A stretch of DNA of 39,380 nucleotides, taken from positions 24,919 to 64,298 of the forward strand of contig JBFXGX010000009.1 of NCBI GenBank assembly GCA_050177605.1. Reading direction: 5' to 3'. This DNA is from Candidatus Izemoplasmatales bacterium (lineage in GTDB: Bacteria > Bacillota_I > Bacilli_A > Izemoplasmatales > Hujiaoplasmataceae). Below are positions 9,443 to 18,651 of this stretch, piece by piece. Each line of letters opens with the position of its first letter. Within the stretch, counting starts at the first letter, position 1. Position numbers and translations under genes: made by a program. The notes under the pieces are model-generated. The model saw only the letters and a list, made by a program, of their open reading frames with translations, did not search any database and was not told where the DNA came from.

Positions 9443-10812
9443 TAGTCAATCACCTCACTTATGACATCAATACTATTATTAAATTCTTTTAATGGTGCTG
9501 TGTAAGTACCAAGTGCTAATAAGAGGAGTGCGATGACGACAAATACGACCTTAAAGTCAAGTCCAAACACTACGTTCACTTCTTTATCTTCTTTGTACCA
9601 AAGTTTAATTAACATACGAACAAAGTAAATACCTTCAATTAAACTAGCGACTAAAAGTACGGCTAGAATAGCAAATTCTTGAAGTGAAGCAAGTTCTGTT
9701 AAGAATCCAAGTTTAATTTGGAATCCAACGAATAATGGAAGACCAATCACACTTAAACTAGCGACTGTAAATGAAATACCAACAAGTAAATTGTTAGAGA
9801 ACAATCCTTGTAAGTGATCAAGTTCATCGCTGCCAACTTCTTTTTCCGCATGATTCACGGTTAAGAATAGAACCAATTTTGAAATGGCATTGGCTACGAT
9901 TAAGTAAACAGCGTAAATAACGATACCTTTTACAAACAGCAACACAACGATACTCGCTTGTGCAACGCTTGAGAATGTTAATATTTCTTTTGCTTTTGAG
10001 CTAGAGAAAGCCATCGCTTCCGCTAAGAAGGTTCCGCCTACTAATAAAACAAGAACAACAGTCAATAAATTTCCTTCAAAGACAAATAAGTTATGAAGTA
10101 ATCTACCAAATACCATTCCGATAGCGCCAGCGTATACCGAAGCAATCATTGGACCGCTAAGTGTATTTGATTTTCCAAGGACGCCTTTGACCCAAGAGTT
10201 GAAAGGTAATAGTTTTGCTTCCACGCCAAGTCCAATAAACATCAGTAAGAATGGAAGAACAAGGCTTGAAGTAACGCCGTTTAATAAATTGATTTTGTTA
10301 ATCATATCAATCATGTTGAGTGTTCCAAACATTGAATAAAGAATCACAAGACCTAGTAAGTATAAACTACTGCCAATGGATCCTAAAACTAAGTAATGGA
10401 ATGTTGAAACATGTTTTTTATTTGAGGATGTAATTAAATAAGCTGCGATTCCAGAGATTTCAAGGAATACGAATAAGTTAAATAAGTCGTTTGTGAGTAG
10501 TAATCCGTTTAATCCTGCGAGAGCCACTAATAAGACAGAACTATATTTGCTATAATTTTTGACATTGAGGAGTGTGATTACAAGAATGAGAATATTCACT
10601 AAGAATAATCCGATTTGTGCATATCGATCAAATAATAGACTAATACCCCAAGGTGCATCGAATCCACCAATGGTGACGAATCCAAATTCCACGAAAGTAA
10701 GAAGTGCGATATTTGTGACTGCGGATATTACTAGTAAAATCGTTGATGCTTTTTTAAATAGAATAGAAATAAACGCAGAAAGTAAAGGGATAACAATTAA
10801 TAAGATAGCCAT
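9442..10812 (-). CDS. mnhD: MrpD/MnhD-like antiporter subunit (MbxH)
   Basis: TNDLFNLFVFLEI, AKLLPFNSW and GLPLFVGF motifs; highly hydrophobic. Confidence 0.85.
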   Translation of the reverse strand: MAILLIVIPLLSAFISILFKKASTILLVISAVTNIALLTFVEFGFVTIGGFDAPWGISLLFDRYAQIGLFLVNILILVITLLNVKNYSKYSSVLLVALAGLNGLLLTNDLFNLFVFLEISGIAAYLITSSNKKHVSTFHYLVLGSIGSSLYLLGLVILYSMFGTLNMIDMINKINLLNGVTSSLVLPFLLMFIGLGVEAKLLPFNSWVKGVLGKSNTLSGPMIASVYAGAIGMVFGRLLHNLFVFEGNLLTVVLVLLVGGTFLAEAMAFSSSKAKEILTFSSVAQASIVVLLFVKGIVIYAVYLIVANAISKLVLFLTVNHAEKEVGSDELDHLQGLFSNNLLVGISFTVASLSVIGLPLFVGFQIKLGFLTELASLQEFAILAVLLVASLIEGIYFVRMLIKLWYKEDKEVNVVFGLDFKVVFVVIALLLLALGTYTAPLKEFNNSIDVISEVID

Positions 10813-11147
10813 TATTCTTCCTCCACTTCTGCAAGATCAAATGTAAGATATTTGTTGTGGATGTTTTTTGCAAAAGCAAGACCTAAAGCAGTGGTTCCAA
10901 CACCGATAACAATCGCTGTTAAAACTAAGGCTTGAGGAAGTGGATCCACATAGAGTAATGCACTAGTGTTGTTAACGCTCGTAATAATCGGAGCGATTCC
11001 ATCCGTGACATAACCAATACTTACAATGAAAATATTAACGCCAATTTCGATAATGTTTAATGAGATAATCATTTTGATGGCATTACGATTGGTAAGTAAG
11101 CCATAAAATCCAAGGGCGATGAGTAATATACTAGCGTATTGAATCAT
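10812..11147 (-). CDS. mnhC: MrpC/MnhC-like subunit (MbxG)
   Basis: DPLPQALVLTAIVIG signature; 3 TM segments. Confidence 0.92.
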   Translation of the reverse strand: MIQYASILLIALGFYGLLTNRNAIKMIISLNIIEIGVNIFIVSIGYVTDGIAPIITSVNNTSALLYVDPLPQALVLTAIVIGVGTTALGLAFAKNIHNKYLTFDLAEVEEE

Positions 11148-11899
11148 AGTGACCCCTCCTCAGTTAAGAAATTATCGATAATACCAGAAATTTCACTACC
11201 TACTTTTAAACCAATGAGGATATAAACGATTGGTAAGATACCTGCGCTGAATAAATCTCCAACAGTTCCTGTAGGTAAGAAGTTTTGTAAGAAGTAAGTA
11301 CCAAGTGCTAGTCCTGCAAGGCCGATAATAACATATAAACTTCCTGCAGTTCCTTCAAGAATCTTGAATCCTTGGATTTTACTTCTGAATGAATCATCTG
11401 CTAAGTAAAGTAGTAAGATACTACTAGCGATCATCGCACCACCAGGGAAACCTCCACCAGGAGTTAAATGACCATGAAGGATAATCGATACACCAACCAT
11501 TAAGATGATTCCAACTAATGCTTTAGAGCCAACTCTTAACATGAAATTAGGTTTAAAGTTTAAGCTTAATCTTTTTGGTTTGAGGGAAGTACCAAGAAGT
11601 AGGGCAACACCTAGAGAACTGATGAATAATACAGTTACTTCACCTAAAGTATCAAAACTTCTGTAATCGACAACGATCGATGTGACGATGTTTGCTGCAC
11701 CATCTTCTGCGTCCGTTGTTTCTCCATACACGATTTCAGGTTGTGTTGGATCGGTAACTGATTTGTCGATGTAGTCTCCAGATACACTTGTACTTGGGTC
11801 TGCTTCACCAAATGGTGTAAATAATGCGTTATTATTTAAAGATAAGATAAAAAGAACACCAAGTCCAATGGTTAGGACTAACGCAAAGAAATTTTTCAT
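11144..11899 (-). CDS. mnhB: MrpB/MnhB-like subunit (MbxE+F-type fusion)
   Basis: NIVTSIVVDYRSFDTLGE followed by HGHLTPGGGFPGG. Confidence 0.88.
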   Translation of the reverse strand: MKNFFALVLTIGLGVLFILSLNNNALFTPFGEADPSTSVSGDYIDKSVTDPTQPEIVYGETTDAEDGAANIVTSIVVDYRSFDTLGEVTVLFISSLGVALLLGTSLKPKRLSLNFKPNFMLRVGSKALVGIILMVGVSIILHGHLTPGGGFPGGAMIASSILLLYLADDSFRSKIQGFKILEGTAGSLYVIIGLAGLALGTYFLQNFLPTGTVGDLFSAGILPIVYILIGLKVGSEISGIIDNFLTEEGSL

Positions 11900-12147
11900 T
11901 TGCTGGCCTCCTTTTTTACAGAAAGAAGTGTAAATACAAATAAGGCAGTCACAAGACCAGAGCCAATGACAGCTTCAGTAATCGCAACATCAGGCGCTTT
12001 TAATAAGACAAAAGCAACAACGCTTAACATTGAGAGACCGGATAAGAATAATACACTCTTAATTAATTTTTTGGATTGTAATGCTGCATAAGCAATCAAT
12101 AGAAGAAGCGCGCCTACCGCAATACTAACGATATCATATAGCGTCAT
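11896..12147 (-). CDS. MbhD/MbxD-like small subunit (DUF4040 type)
   Basis: LKAPDVAITEAVIGSG motif; 3 TM segments. Start set to ATG 12147, after AGGTG. Confidence 0.85.
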   Translation of the reverse strand: MTLYDIVSIAVGALLLLIAYAALQSKKLIKSVLFLSGLSMLSVVAFVLLKAPDVAITEAVIGSGLVTALFVFTLLSVKKEASK

Positions 12148-12463
12148 GCACTTCACCTGCTTCCTTTAATTCATCCACAACTAAATTGGATGGGATTTGT
12201 TTTGATCTGTAGGTTGCTTTCGCAATAGCACTGGAACCGATTGGGTTTGAAATGACAACGAAAACAATAATGATGAGAATCTTGAAAACCCAAGATGGGT
12301 TTGCGAAGAATACACCAATCAAAACACTGAAAGAACCTAAAGTTGTTGCTTTGGTTCCAGCTTGAATACGATTAAATGTGTCTGGCATTCTGAGGATACC
12401 TAGACCACCAAGTAGGTAGAATAAACCACCGATGATTAAAAAGATATAACTAGCGATTGTCAT
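12134..12463 (-). CDS. mnhG: MrpG/MnhG-like subunit (MbxC)
   Basis: GILRMPDTFNRIQAGTKATTLG motif. Start ATG 12463, 8 nt after GGAGGG. Confidence 0.92.
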   Translation of the reverse strand: MTIASYIFLIIGGLFYLLGGLGILRMPDTFNRIQAGTKATTLGSFSVLIGVFFANPSWVFKILIIIVFVVISNPIGSSAIAKATYRSKQIPSNLVVDELKEAGEVHDAI

Positions 12464-12713
12464 CTTGTTTACCCTCCACATATCTAGCGAATACGACTGT
12501 TTCTAAGAAGGCTAAGACTGCATAGACGATTGCGATATCTAAATAAAGACTATTTTTAAATAAGTTCGCAAGTAATACAATCACACCGATAACGATCATG
12601 TTAAAGGTATCTAATGAAACAACTCTGTCGCTTACGCTTGGTCCTTTGATAAAGCGGATTATTGCAAAGAGTAATCCAAGTCCTAGTAAGGAAAATACAA
12701 TAATATCTATCAT
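12450..12713 (-). CDS. mnhF: MrpF/MnhF-like subunit (MbxB)
   Basis: RFIKGPSVSDRVVSLD and LDIAIVYAVLAFLETVVFARY motifs. Confidence 0.92.
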   Translation of the reverse strand: MIDIIVFSLLGLGLLFAIIRFIKGPSVSDRVVSLDTFNMIVIGVIVLLANLFKNSLYLDIAIVYAVLAFLETVVFARYVEGKQDDNR

Positions 12714-13222
12714 TTGAATATTCCTCCTAAGATTTTTTCGAATGGCCCACTGATTTGTTTTTTGTTTTCTTCTTCAGTAGCACCTTTCACATCAACCGTA
12801 TGAATGTACAAGTAATCATCGATAACATCGATGGATAATGTACCTGGGGTTAATGTGATGGAGTTCGCAAGTGTAAGTTTACCAAAATCACCTTTTAAAT
12901 CCGTTTTCACTTTGACGATACCAGGATTTAAAGGAATTTTTGGACTAATAACTCTTCTTGCAACATCCAAGTTCGCGAGCACTAATTTCCAGATGAATAC
13001 TGGGATGTAGATAAATAAGAACTTCACGAATTTCACTGGTAGTAACCAATCGATTTTATAATCGACAAATTTTACCAAGAAAAACGATAAAGTTAAACTT
13101 ACTACAGCACCAACAATCGCTTCGTCTAATAATCCAGAAAAGCCAGTTCCTGGAGCGTATCCGAAGTTTGCTAGAAATAAGTAGACTACGAACAACACGA
13201 TAAATGTAGCTAAATACTTCAT
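12710..13222 (-). CDS. mnhE: MrpE/MnhE-like subunit (MbxA), first gene of operon
   Basis: ANLDVA...PGIVKV...LANSITLTPGTL motif; strong RBS AGGAGG upstream. Confidence 0.92.
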   Translation of the reverse strand: MKYLATFIVLFVVYLFLANFGYAPGTGFSGLLDEAIVGAVVSLTLSFFLVKFVDYKIDWLLPVKFVKFLFIYIPVFIWKLVLANLDVARRVISPKIPLNPGIVKVKTDLKGDFGKLTLANSITLTPGTLSIDVIDDYLYIHTVDVKGATEEENKKQISGPFEKILGGIFK

Positions 13223-13355
13223 CCTATTCCTCCTAATGTAAAGATTTTAATCTTTAATCTATATATTTAACTCAAAATCACTTCTTTATGCATGAAATTC
13301 ATGCAGGAAGAAATAACCTTGAGGAAAATAATTGAAATGGAATCTGAAATAACGC

Positions 13356-13386
13356 AAAAAAGTTTTCTACACATGTGCTAGAAAAC
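13356..13386 (-). terminator. Terminator-like hairpin inside the putative 5' leader of the Mrp-Mbx operon
   Basis: Minus strand reads GTTTTCTA-GCACATGTG-TAGAAAAC-TTTTTT. The stem is AU-rich, so its strength is uncertain. Confidence 0.5.
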
Positions 13387-13507
13387 AACAAAAAAGATAT
13401 GAAATTAGATTGGCCGAGGATCACATAAGAAAAAGTCTTTAGTGATTCAATACTAAGTCCCTAGTATTTTTAGCACATCTATGTAATTGGTTACTTCATT
13501 TTCACTT

Positions 13508-13537
13508 ATTATAACATAGAATGTTATAGAATGTAAG
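13508..13537 (-). promoter_or_regulatory. Putative extended -10 promoter for the Mrp-Mbx operon, overlapped by an inverted repeat
   Basis: Minus strand TGT-TATAAT (13516-13508) with a weak -35 (CTTACA, 18-nt spacer). Palindrome TATAACAT-AGA-ATGTTATA at 13510-13528. Confidence 0.55.
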
Positions 13538-13594
13538 GGTTAAAATTGTAAAATTGATGAATATTTCTAGGTGAGGAAGGGATTTCATTTTCTG

Positions 13595-13623
13595 TTGAAT
13601 TTTCATTTTTTATCGTGTACAAT
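13595..13623 (+). promoter_or_regulatory. SigA-type promoter of GH13-GH3-GH144-lacI operon
   Basis: TTGAAT (13595-13600)-N17-TACAAT (13618-13623). Confidence 0.7.
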
Positions 13624-13631
13624 AGAGGTAG

Positions 13632-13647
13632 ATTGAAACGTTTCAAT
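13632..13647. promoter_or_regulatory. LacI-family operator 1
   Basis: Perfect 16-bp palindrome ATTGAAACGTTTCAAT with central CG, between the promoter and the RBS (AAGGAG). Confidence 0.88.
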
Positions 13648-13664
13648 TAAAAGGAGATTATAAA

Positions 13665-15290
13665 ATGAAACAAGTGATAAAACCTTGGCAAAAATATAGT
13701 GTATATCAAATATATCCTCTTTCCTATCAAGACGCTAATGGAGATGGTATTGGAGATATCAATGGAATCATTTCAAGACTTGAATATATTCAAAATTTAG
13801 GCATCGATGTCATTTGGCTATCTCCAATTTATGAATCTCCAATGGATGACAACGGATATGATATCTCCAACTATTATGAGATTAATCCGATGTTTGGGAC
13901 AAAGGATGATTTTCAAAGGCTATTAAGTAAGGTTCATGAACTAGGAATGAGACTGATTATGGATTTGGTTGTGAACCATACCTCCGATATGCATCCATGG
14001 TTCTTAGAAAGTCAAAAGTCTATAGATAATCCTTATCGAGACTATTATATTTGGAGAAAGGAAGCCACACAGATAGGTTCGGTTTTTTCTGGCCCTGCTT
14101 GGCAATTCCAAGAAGAAACGGGAGAGTATTTTTTCCATCTATTTAGCAAAAGACAACCTGATTTAAATTGGCAAAACGAAAAACTTCGTCAAGAAATCTA
14201 TAAAATGATTAATTATTGGCTTGATTTTGGTGTGGATGGATTCCGTCTTGATGTCATTGATTTGATTGGCAAAGATGTGGATACATTCCGTATTGGGGAT
14301 GGCCCTTATTTAAATCAATATTTAAAAGAGATGTATGATACTTGTTTTAAAGGCAGAGATACATTTACAGTTGGTGAAATGCCATCGGTATCGATTGAAA
14401 GAACCAGAGAGATTACTGATTTAGAACATGGTTACCTCAATATGATTTTCCATTTTGGACATTTAGGGTATGATGAAATTCCTGGACAAGGGAAATGGGC
14501 GTTAAAAGAAGTAGATTATCCATCCTTTTTTAAACATTTTCAAAATCTACAAAAAGATTTATTTGAAAGTGGATGGAATTCATTGTTTTTTGAAAACCAC
14601 GACCAACCACGAAGTGTAAGTAGATATGGTAGTCTTGCTCATCGCAAAAAGAGTGCCAAGGCTTTAATGACTTTTTTATATATGATGCAAGGGACGCCTT
14701 ATATCTATCAAGGTCAAGAAATCGGTATGACAAATACCCCGATGACAGACATCAACGATTATAGAGATATTGAAACATTGAATATGTATCGAGATAAAAT
14801 AGAACATCATGTGGACAAAGAAGAAATCATGAGATCGATTCTTGCAAAGTCTAGAGATAATGCAAGAACACCAATGCAATGGGATGCTTCCATGAATGCA
14901 GGATTTTCTAATACGACGCCTTGGCTGAGCGTCAATCCAAACTTTCATGAAATTAATGTTCAGGCAGACCTAAAAGATCCTGAAGGTATCTATGATTATA
15001 CAAAGCGTTTATTAACGATTAGAAAAACTGAGGATGTACTAATAAACGGTGAATTTGTTTGGTGTTCTAGTGCTGCAGGCAAAGTAGCTGTTTATTTAAG
15101 ACAAAATGATGCGTGTTCTTTATTAGTGATTTCATCCTTTGATGATCAACCAAACGTCATAGATCTTTCTTTATATCAGGACTATGAGCTGTTATTATCA
15201 AACGAAGAAACAATCGTTTTATCAAAGAAAACAGAGTTAAGTCCATATCATGCTTCAGTGTGGATTAAAAAGGAGAAAGAAAATGATTAA
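13665..15290 (+). CDS. malL: GH13 oligo-1,6-glucosidase / alpha-glucosidase
   Basis: YQIYPLSY, DNGYDISNY, DLVVNHTS, QPDLNW, DGFRLDVI (nucleophile Asp followed by Val), TVGE, ENHDQPR and SRDNARTPMQW motifs. No signal peptide. Confidence 0.9.
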   Translation: MKQVIKPWQKYSVYQIYPLSYQDANGDGIGDINGIISRLEYIQNLGIDVIWLSPIYESPMDDNGYDISNYYEINPMFGTKDDFQRLLSKVHELGMRLIMDLVVNHTSDMHPWFLESQKSIDNPYRDYYIWRKEATQIGSVFSGPAWQFQEETGEYFFHLFSKRQPDLNWQNEKLRQEIYKMINYWLDFGVDGFRLDVIDLIGKDVDTFRIGDGPYLNQYLKEMYDTCFKGRDTFTVGEMPSVSIERTREITDLEHGYLNMIFHFGHLGYDEIPGQGKWALKEVDYPSFFKHFQNLQKDLFESGWNSLFFENHDQPRSVSRYGSLAHRKKSAKALMTFLYMMQGTPYIYQGQEIGMTNTPMTDINDYRDIETLNMYRDKIEHHVDKEEIMRSILAKSRDNARTPMQWDASMNAGFSNTTPWLSVNPNFHEINVQADLKDPEGIYDYTKRLLTIRKTEDVLINGEFVWCSSAAGKVAVYLRQNDACSLLVISSFDDQPNVIDLSLYQDYELLLSNEETIVLSKKTELSPYHASVWIKKEKEND

Positions 15291-17400
15291 GGATTTAATG
15301 TCCAAACTCTCTAGAAAAGAAAAAATTGGTCAATTATTACAAATTGCTCCTTTTTTCTTCATCAAAGATTTGAAAGTAGAAGTCTTTGGTCATGTAAGAC
15401 ATCTTGACTTAAATGAAGAGAAAATCTTCATGGCGGGAAGTGTTTTAGGAATAGGGTCAGCTGAAGAAATGATTGCAGTTCAAAAATCATATTTAGAAAA
15501 AAGCCCGAATAAAATTCCGCTTCTATTTATGGCGGATATCATTCATGGATACAAAACGATATTTCCTGTTCCAATTGCACTTGGTTCTTCGTTCAATCCT
15601 GATTTGGCTTATTTGTGCGCCAGCGTGAGTGCTAGTGAGGCTTCGACTGCTGGAATCCAAGTAACTTTTTCGCCGATGGCGGACCTCGGAAGAGATCCAC
15701 GTTGGGGTCGTGTTGTCGAAGGGTTTGGAGAAGATCCCTATCTTACTTCATTAATGGCAGAAGCGATGGTCAAAGGTTACACGAAAAATGGAATAGAATA
15801 TGAAGGCAATCTTGCAAGTTGTGTGAAACATTTTGCGGGGTATGGTGCTGCAGAAGCAGGAAGAGACTATAATACCGTTGATCTTTCAAGAACGGCACTT
15901 TACAATGAATACCTCCCAGCCTACAAGAAGGCGCTAGACGCAGGTGCGAGATTAATTATGACTGCTTTTAATACGATTGACCGTATTCCGTCCACCATCA
16001 ATTCATTCCTTTTGAGAGATGTACTCAGAAAAGAGTGGGGAAGCGATGTCGTAACTATTTCTGATTATGATTCACTTAAACAAATCCTCGCCCATGGTGT
16101 TGCCGATAACATGAAAGATGTAGCCTATTTAGGAATCACAGGTGGACTAGATATTGAGATGGCTTCTACAGCGTATACTAACCATTTAGAAAAACTGATC
16201 GAAGAAGGTAAAGTACCAGAATCGTTACTGGATGATGCCTGTGAAAGAGTATTAACACTCAAGAAAGATTTAGGACTATTTGAAAATCCTTATAAAAATG
16301 CAAATCCTGAAAAAGAAAAGACGGATGTTTTAACTAAAGAGAATTTGGATGCTAGTTTAGAGGCAGCCAGAGAATCACTAGTCTTACTGGAAAACGATGG
16401 AATCCTGCCACTAGATAAAAACGTGAAAATCGCCTTAATCGGTCCTTACTCAGTTTCTAAAAGTGTTATTGGTCCTTGGTCTTGGCATGGCAGAAGAGAT
16501 CTTCATGATTCTTTGTCAGATACACTTCTTTCGAATATTGTGTATCAAAATGACAGTGTTCTTTTAAGTGATTATACGGAGTCAGAAATTGCGAAAATCA
16601 AAGAAGCAGATGTCATCGTTTTAGCTATTGGAGAAGTTGATTGGCAAAGCGGAGAAGCACATTCTAGAAGTGATTTATCCTTGCCTAACAATCAAGATGA
16701 CTTGTTAAAACTCGGTGAGCTCTCTGGTAAAAAAGTCGTAACGATTTTATATAATGGAAGGCCCCTTTTATTAAATAAAATCAAAGAATCAAATGCGCTG
16801 ATTGAGTCTTGGTTTTTAGGAAGCATGGCAAGTCAGGCAATCAAAGAAGTTTTATTTGGAGAGACCAATCCATCGGGTAAATTACCAATGAGTTTTCCAA
16901 GAAATACAGGTCAAATACCAGTGTATTACAATCATCTAAATACCGGGCGGCCTTATTTGGGTGAATTTGATCATAATGAATATGTGTCTAAATATCTAGA
17001 TGTTGAAAATACACCACTCTACGCATTTGGATATGGAAAAAGTTATTCACATTTCATTTATCAAAATTTGACCCTTTCAACCAATAAATTAAAGTGTGGA
17101 GATACTTTAACAGTAACTGTGGAAGTGCATAATGATTCGCTTATTTCTGGTAAAGAAACCGTGTTTTTATTCATTCGAGACAAAGTCGCAAGAATTAGTC
17201 GACCAGTTCAAGAATTAAAAAAGTTTCAAAAGATTGAAATAGAAGCTTCTTCATCAAAAGTGGTGACGTTCGAACTATCTCTTTCAGATTTAAGTTATTA
17301 TTTACATGACGGAAGCTTTGTGTATGACCTTGGCGATTTTGAAGTGATGGTCGGTCCGTCCTCAATGGATGTAATGCGTCAAGAATTTGTATTATTATAA
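15283..17400 (+). CDS. bglX: GH3 beta-glucosidase (BglX-like, cytoplasmic)
   Basis: ADIIHG, RDPRWGRVVEGFGEDP, CVKHFAGYG, ISDY (nucleophile), SGEAHSRS and an FnIII-like C-terminus. Start moved to ATG 15283, after AGGAG. Confidence 0.92.
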   Translation: MIKDLMSKLSRKEKIGQLLQIAPFFFIKDLKVEVFGHVRHLDLNEEKIFMAGSVLGIGSAEEMIAVQKSYLEKSPNKIPLLFMADIIHGYKTIFPVPIALGSSFNPDLAYLCASVSASEASTAGIQVTFSPMADLGRDPRWGRVVEGFGEDPYLTSLMAEAMVKGYTKNGIEYEGNLASCVKHFAGYGAAEAGRDYNTVDLSRTALYNEYLPAYKKALDAGARLIMTAFNTIDRIPSTINSFLLRDVLRKEWGSDVVTISDYDSLKQILAHGVADNMKDVAYLGITGGLDIEMASTAYTNHLEKLIEEGKVPESLLDDACERVLTLKKDLGLFENPYKNANPEKEKTDVLTKENLDASLEAARESLVLLENDGILPLDKNVKIALIGPYSVSKSVIGPWSWHGRRDLHDSLSDTLLSNIVYQNDSVLLSDYTESEIAKIKEADVIVLAIGEVDWQSGEAHSRSDLSLPNNQDDLLKLGELSGKKVVTILYNGRPLLLNKIKESNALIESWFLGSMASQAIKEVLFGETNPSGKLPMSFPRNTGQIPVYYNHLNTGRPYLGEFDHNEYVSKYLDVENTPLYAFGYGKSYSHFIYQNLTLSTNKLKCGDTLTVTVEVHNDSLISGKETVFLFIRDKVARISRPVQELKKFQKIEIEASSSKVVTFELSLSDLSYYLHDGSFVYDLGDFEVMVGPSSMDVMRQEFVLL

Positions 17401-17411
17401 GGTAGGATGAA

Positions 17412-18650
17412 ATGAATTCACTAGAAAAAGAATTAAGAAAAAGCATTGAATTTTTTCTTTATGAAACCAACCTCAATTTAGATAGTAAAGGCTATGGTTT
17501 AATCAGAGATAACTCAAAAAGAAGAGATATGGCTTCGATTGCTTCTGTTGGTTTTGGGCTCAGCGCTTACGTTATCGCTGTGAAACTTGGAATGATTAGC
17601 TATGAAGAAGGCCTTGAAAGGACAAAAGGAACTTTTAAAACCTTCGTTAACTTGAACCATTTCAATGGTTTCTATATTCATTTTCTTGATATGGAAACAG
17701 CACAACAATATAGAAAAAGCGAATATTCTACGATTGATACAGTCATCTTCATGAACGGTGCGATTACGTGTGATGCTTTCTTTGATGATGCGGAAGTACA
17801 CCAATTATTTTCTACACTTTTTGAAAGACTAGATTTTCGCCCTTTTGTCAAAGAGATGAATGGAAAGAAAGTATTTCGCATGGCTTATAATCCATCCGAT
17901 GGTGGAGATTATCGTCAACACTCTTCAGATCCATGGATTTATCAATGGCATATGTACGCAGAACAGCTCTCCATGTATTTCATTGCGGCAGCGACGGATA
18001 CGATGGATGAAGATTTAGCAAAGGAACTATATTTAGGATTTGAACGCAACACGGGCGTTTATAAAAACTATTCTTATATCTATAGTCCAACCAACGCTTT
18101 GTTTATCTATCAATATAGTCATGCATGGATTGATTTTAGACATATTATCGGTCCTGATAATATTGATTGGTTTGAAAATTCAAGAATTGCCTCTTTAGCG
18201 AATCGTGAATATTGTATAGATATCCATAATGAATATCCGATTTTACATGAAAAAGCGTGGGGATTAACCGCTTGTTTGACGCCGCTTGGATATCGCAATC
18301 AATGTGTAAAGCCAAACGATCTAATTCCAACGGATATTCATCAATATGGTGTCCTACCACCAAGTGGAGCCATCGGTTCGGTCGTCTTTACGCCAAAAGA
18401 AAGTAGTGAAGTACTTGAATATATGGATAAACATTATCCGCTTGCTTTCAAAGAGTATGGATTCACCGATGGTATTGCTTTACTAGAAGATGGATCTACT
18501 TGGATTAGTGATGATTATATTGGAATCAATAAAGGAATCACTGTATTGATGATTGATAATTATCTTCATCAAACTTCTTGGGATTTATATATGTCTCACC
18601 CACTGATTAAAAAAGCAATGAAAAAATTGTCTTTTGAAAGGAGAACATAA
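17412..18650 (+). CDS. GH144-like (glucoamylase-family / SGL clan) beta-1,2-glucanase, cytoplasmic
   Basis: ASIASVGFGL, GFYIHF, EYSTIDT, YAEQL, LFIYQYSHAWIDFR, WGLTAC and IGINKG motifs. No signal peptide. Confidence 0.8.
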   Translation: MNSLEKELRKSIEFFLYETNLNLDSKGYGLIRDNSKRRDMASIASVGFGLSAYVIAVKLGMISYEEGLERTKGTFKTFVNLNHFNGFYIHFLDMETAQQYRKSEYSTIDTVIFMNGAITCDAFFDDAEVHQLFSTLFERLDFRPFVKEMNGKKVFRMAYNPSDGGDYRQHSSDPWIYQWHMYAEQLSMYFIAAATDTMDEDLAKELYLGFERNTGVYKNYSYIYSPTNALFIYQYSHAWIDFRHIIGPDNIDWFENSRIASLANREYCIDIHNEYPILHEKAWGLTACLTPLGYRNQCVKPNDLIPTDIHQYGVLPPSGAIGSVVFTPKESSEVLEYMDKHYPLAFKEYGFTDGIALLEDGSTWISDDYIGINKGITVLMIDNYLHQTSWDLYMSHPLIKKAMKKLSFERRT

Positions 18651-18651
18651 G

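Noticed and set aside
13289..13305. Rex operator upstream of the respiratory operon
   Set aside because: The palindrome TGCATGAA-N-TTCATGCA has the wrong spacing and flanks for the TTGTGAA-N4-TTCACAA consensus.
13267..13374. 35-codon minus-strand ORF (MCRKLFCVIS...) in the Mbx leader, plus nearby mini-ORFs MK* and MC*, as leader peptides
   Set aside because: No Shine-Dalgarno sequence and no telling codon runs; compatible with chance.
17412..18650. True glucoamylase (starch degradation), given the neighbouring GH13
   Set aside because: Motifs match the 'putative glucoamylase'/GH144-like group rather than GH15, and the context (GH3, GH94) points to beta-glucan.
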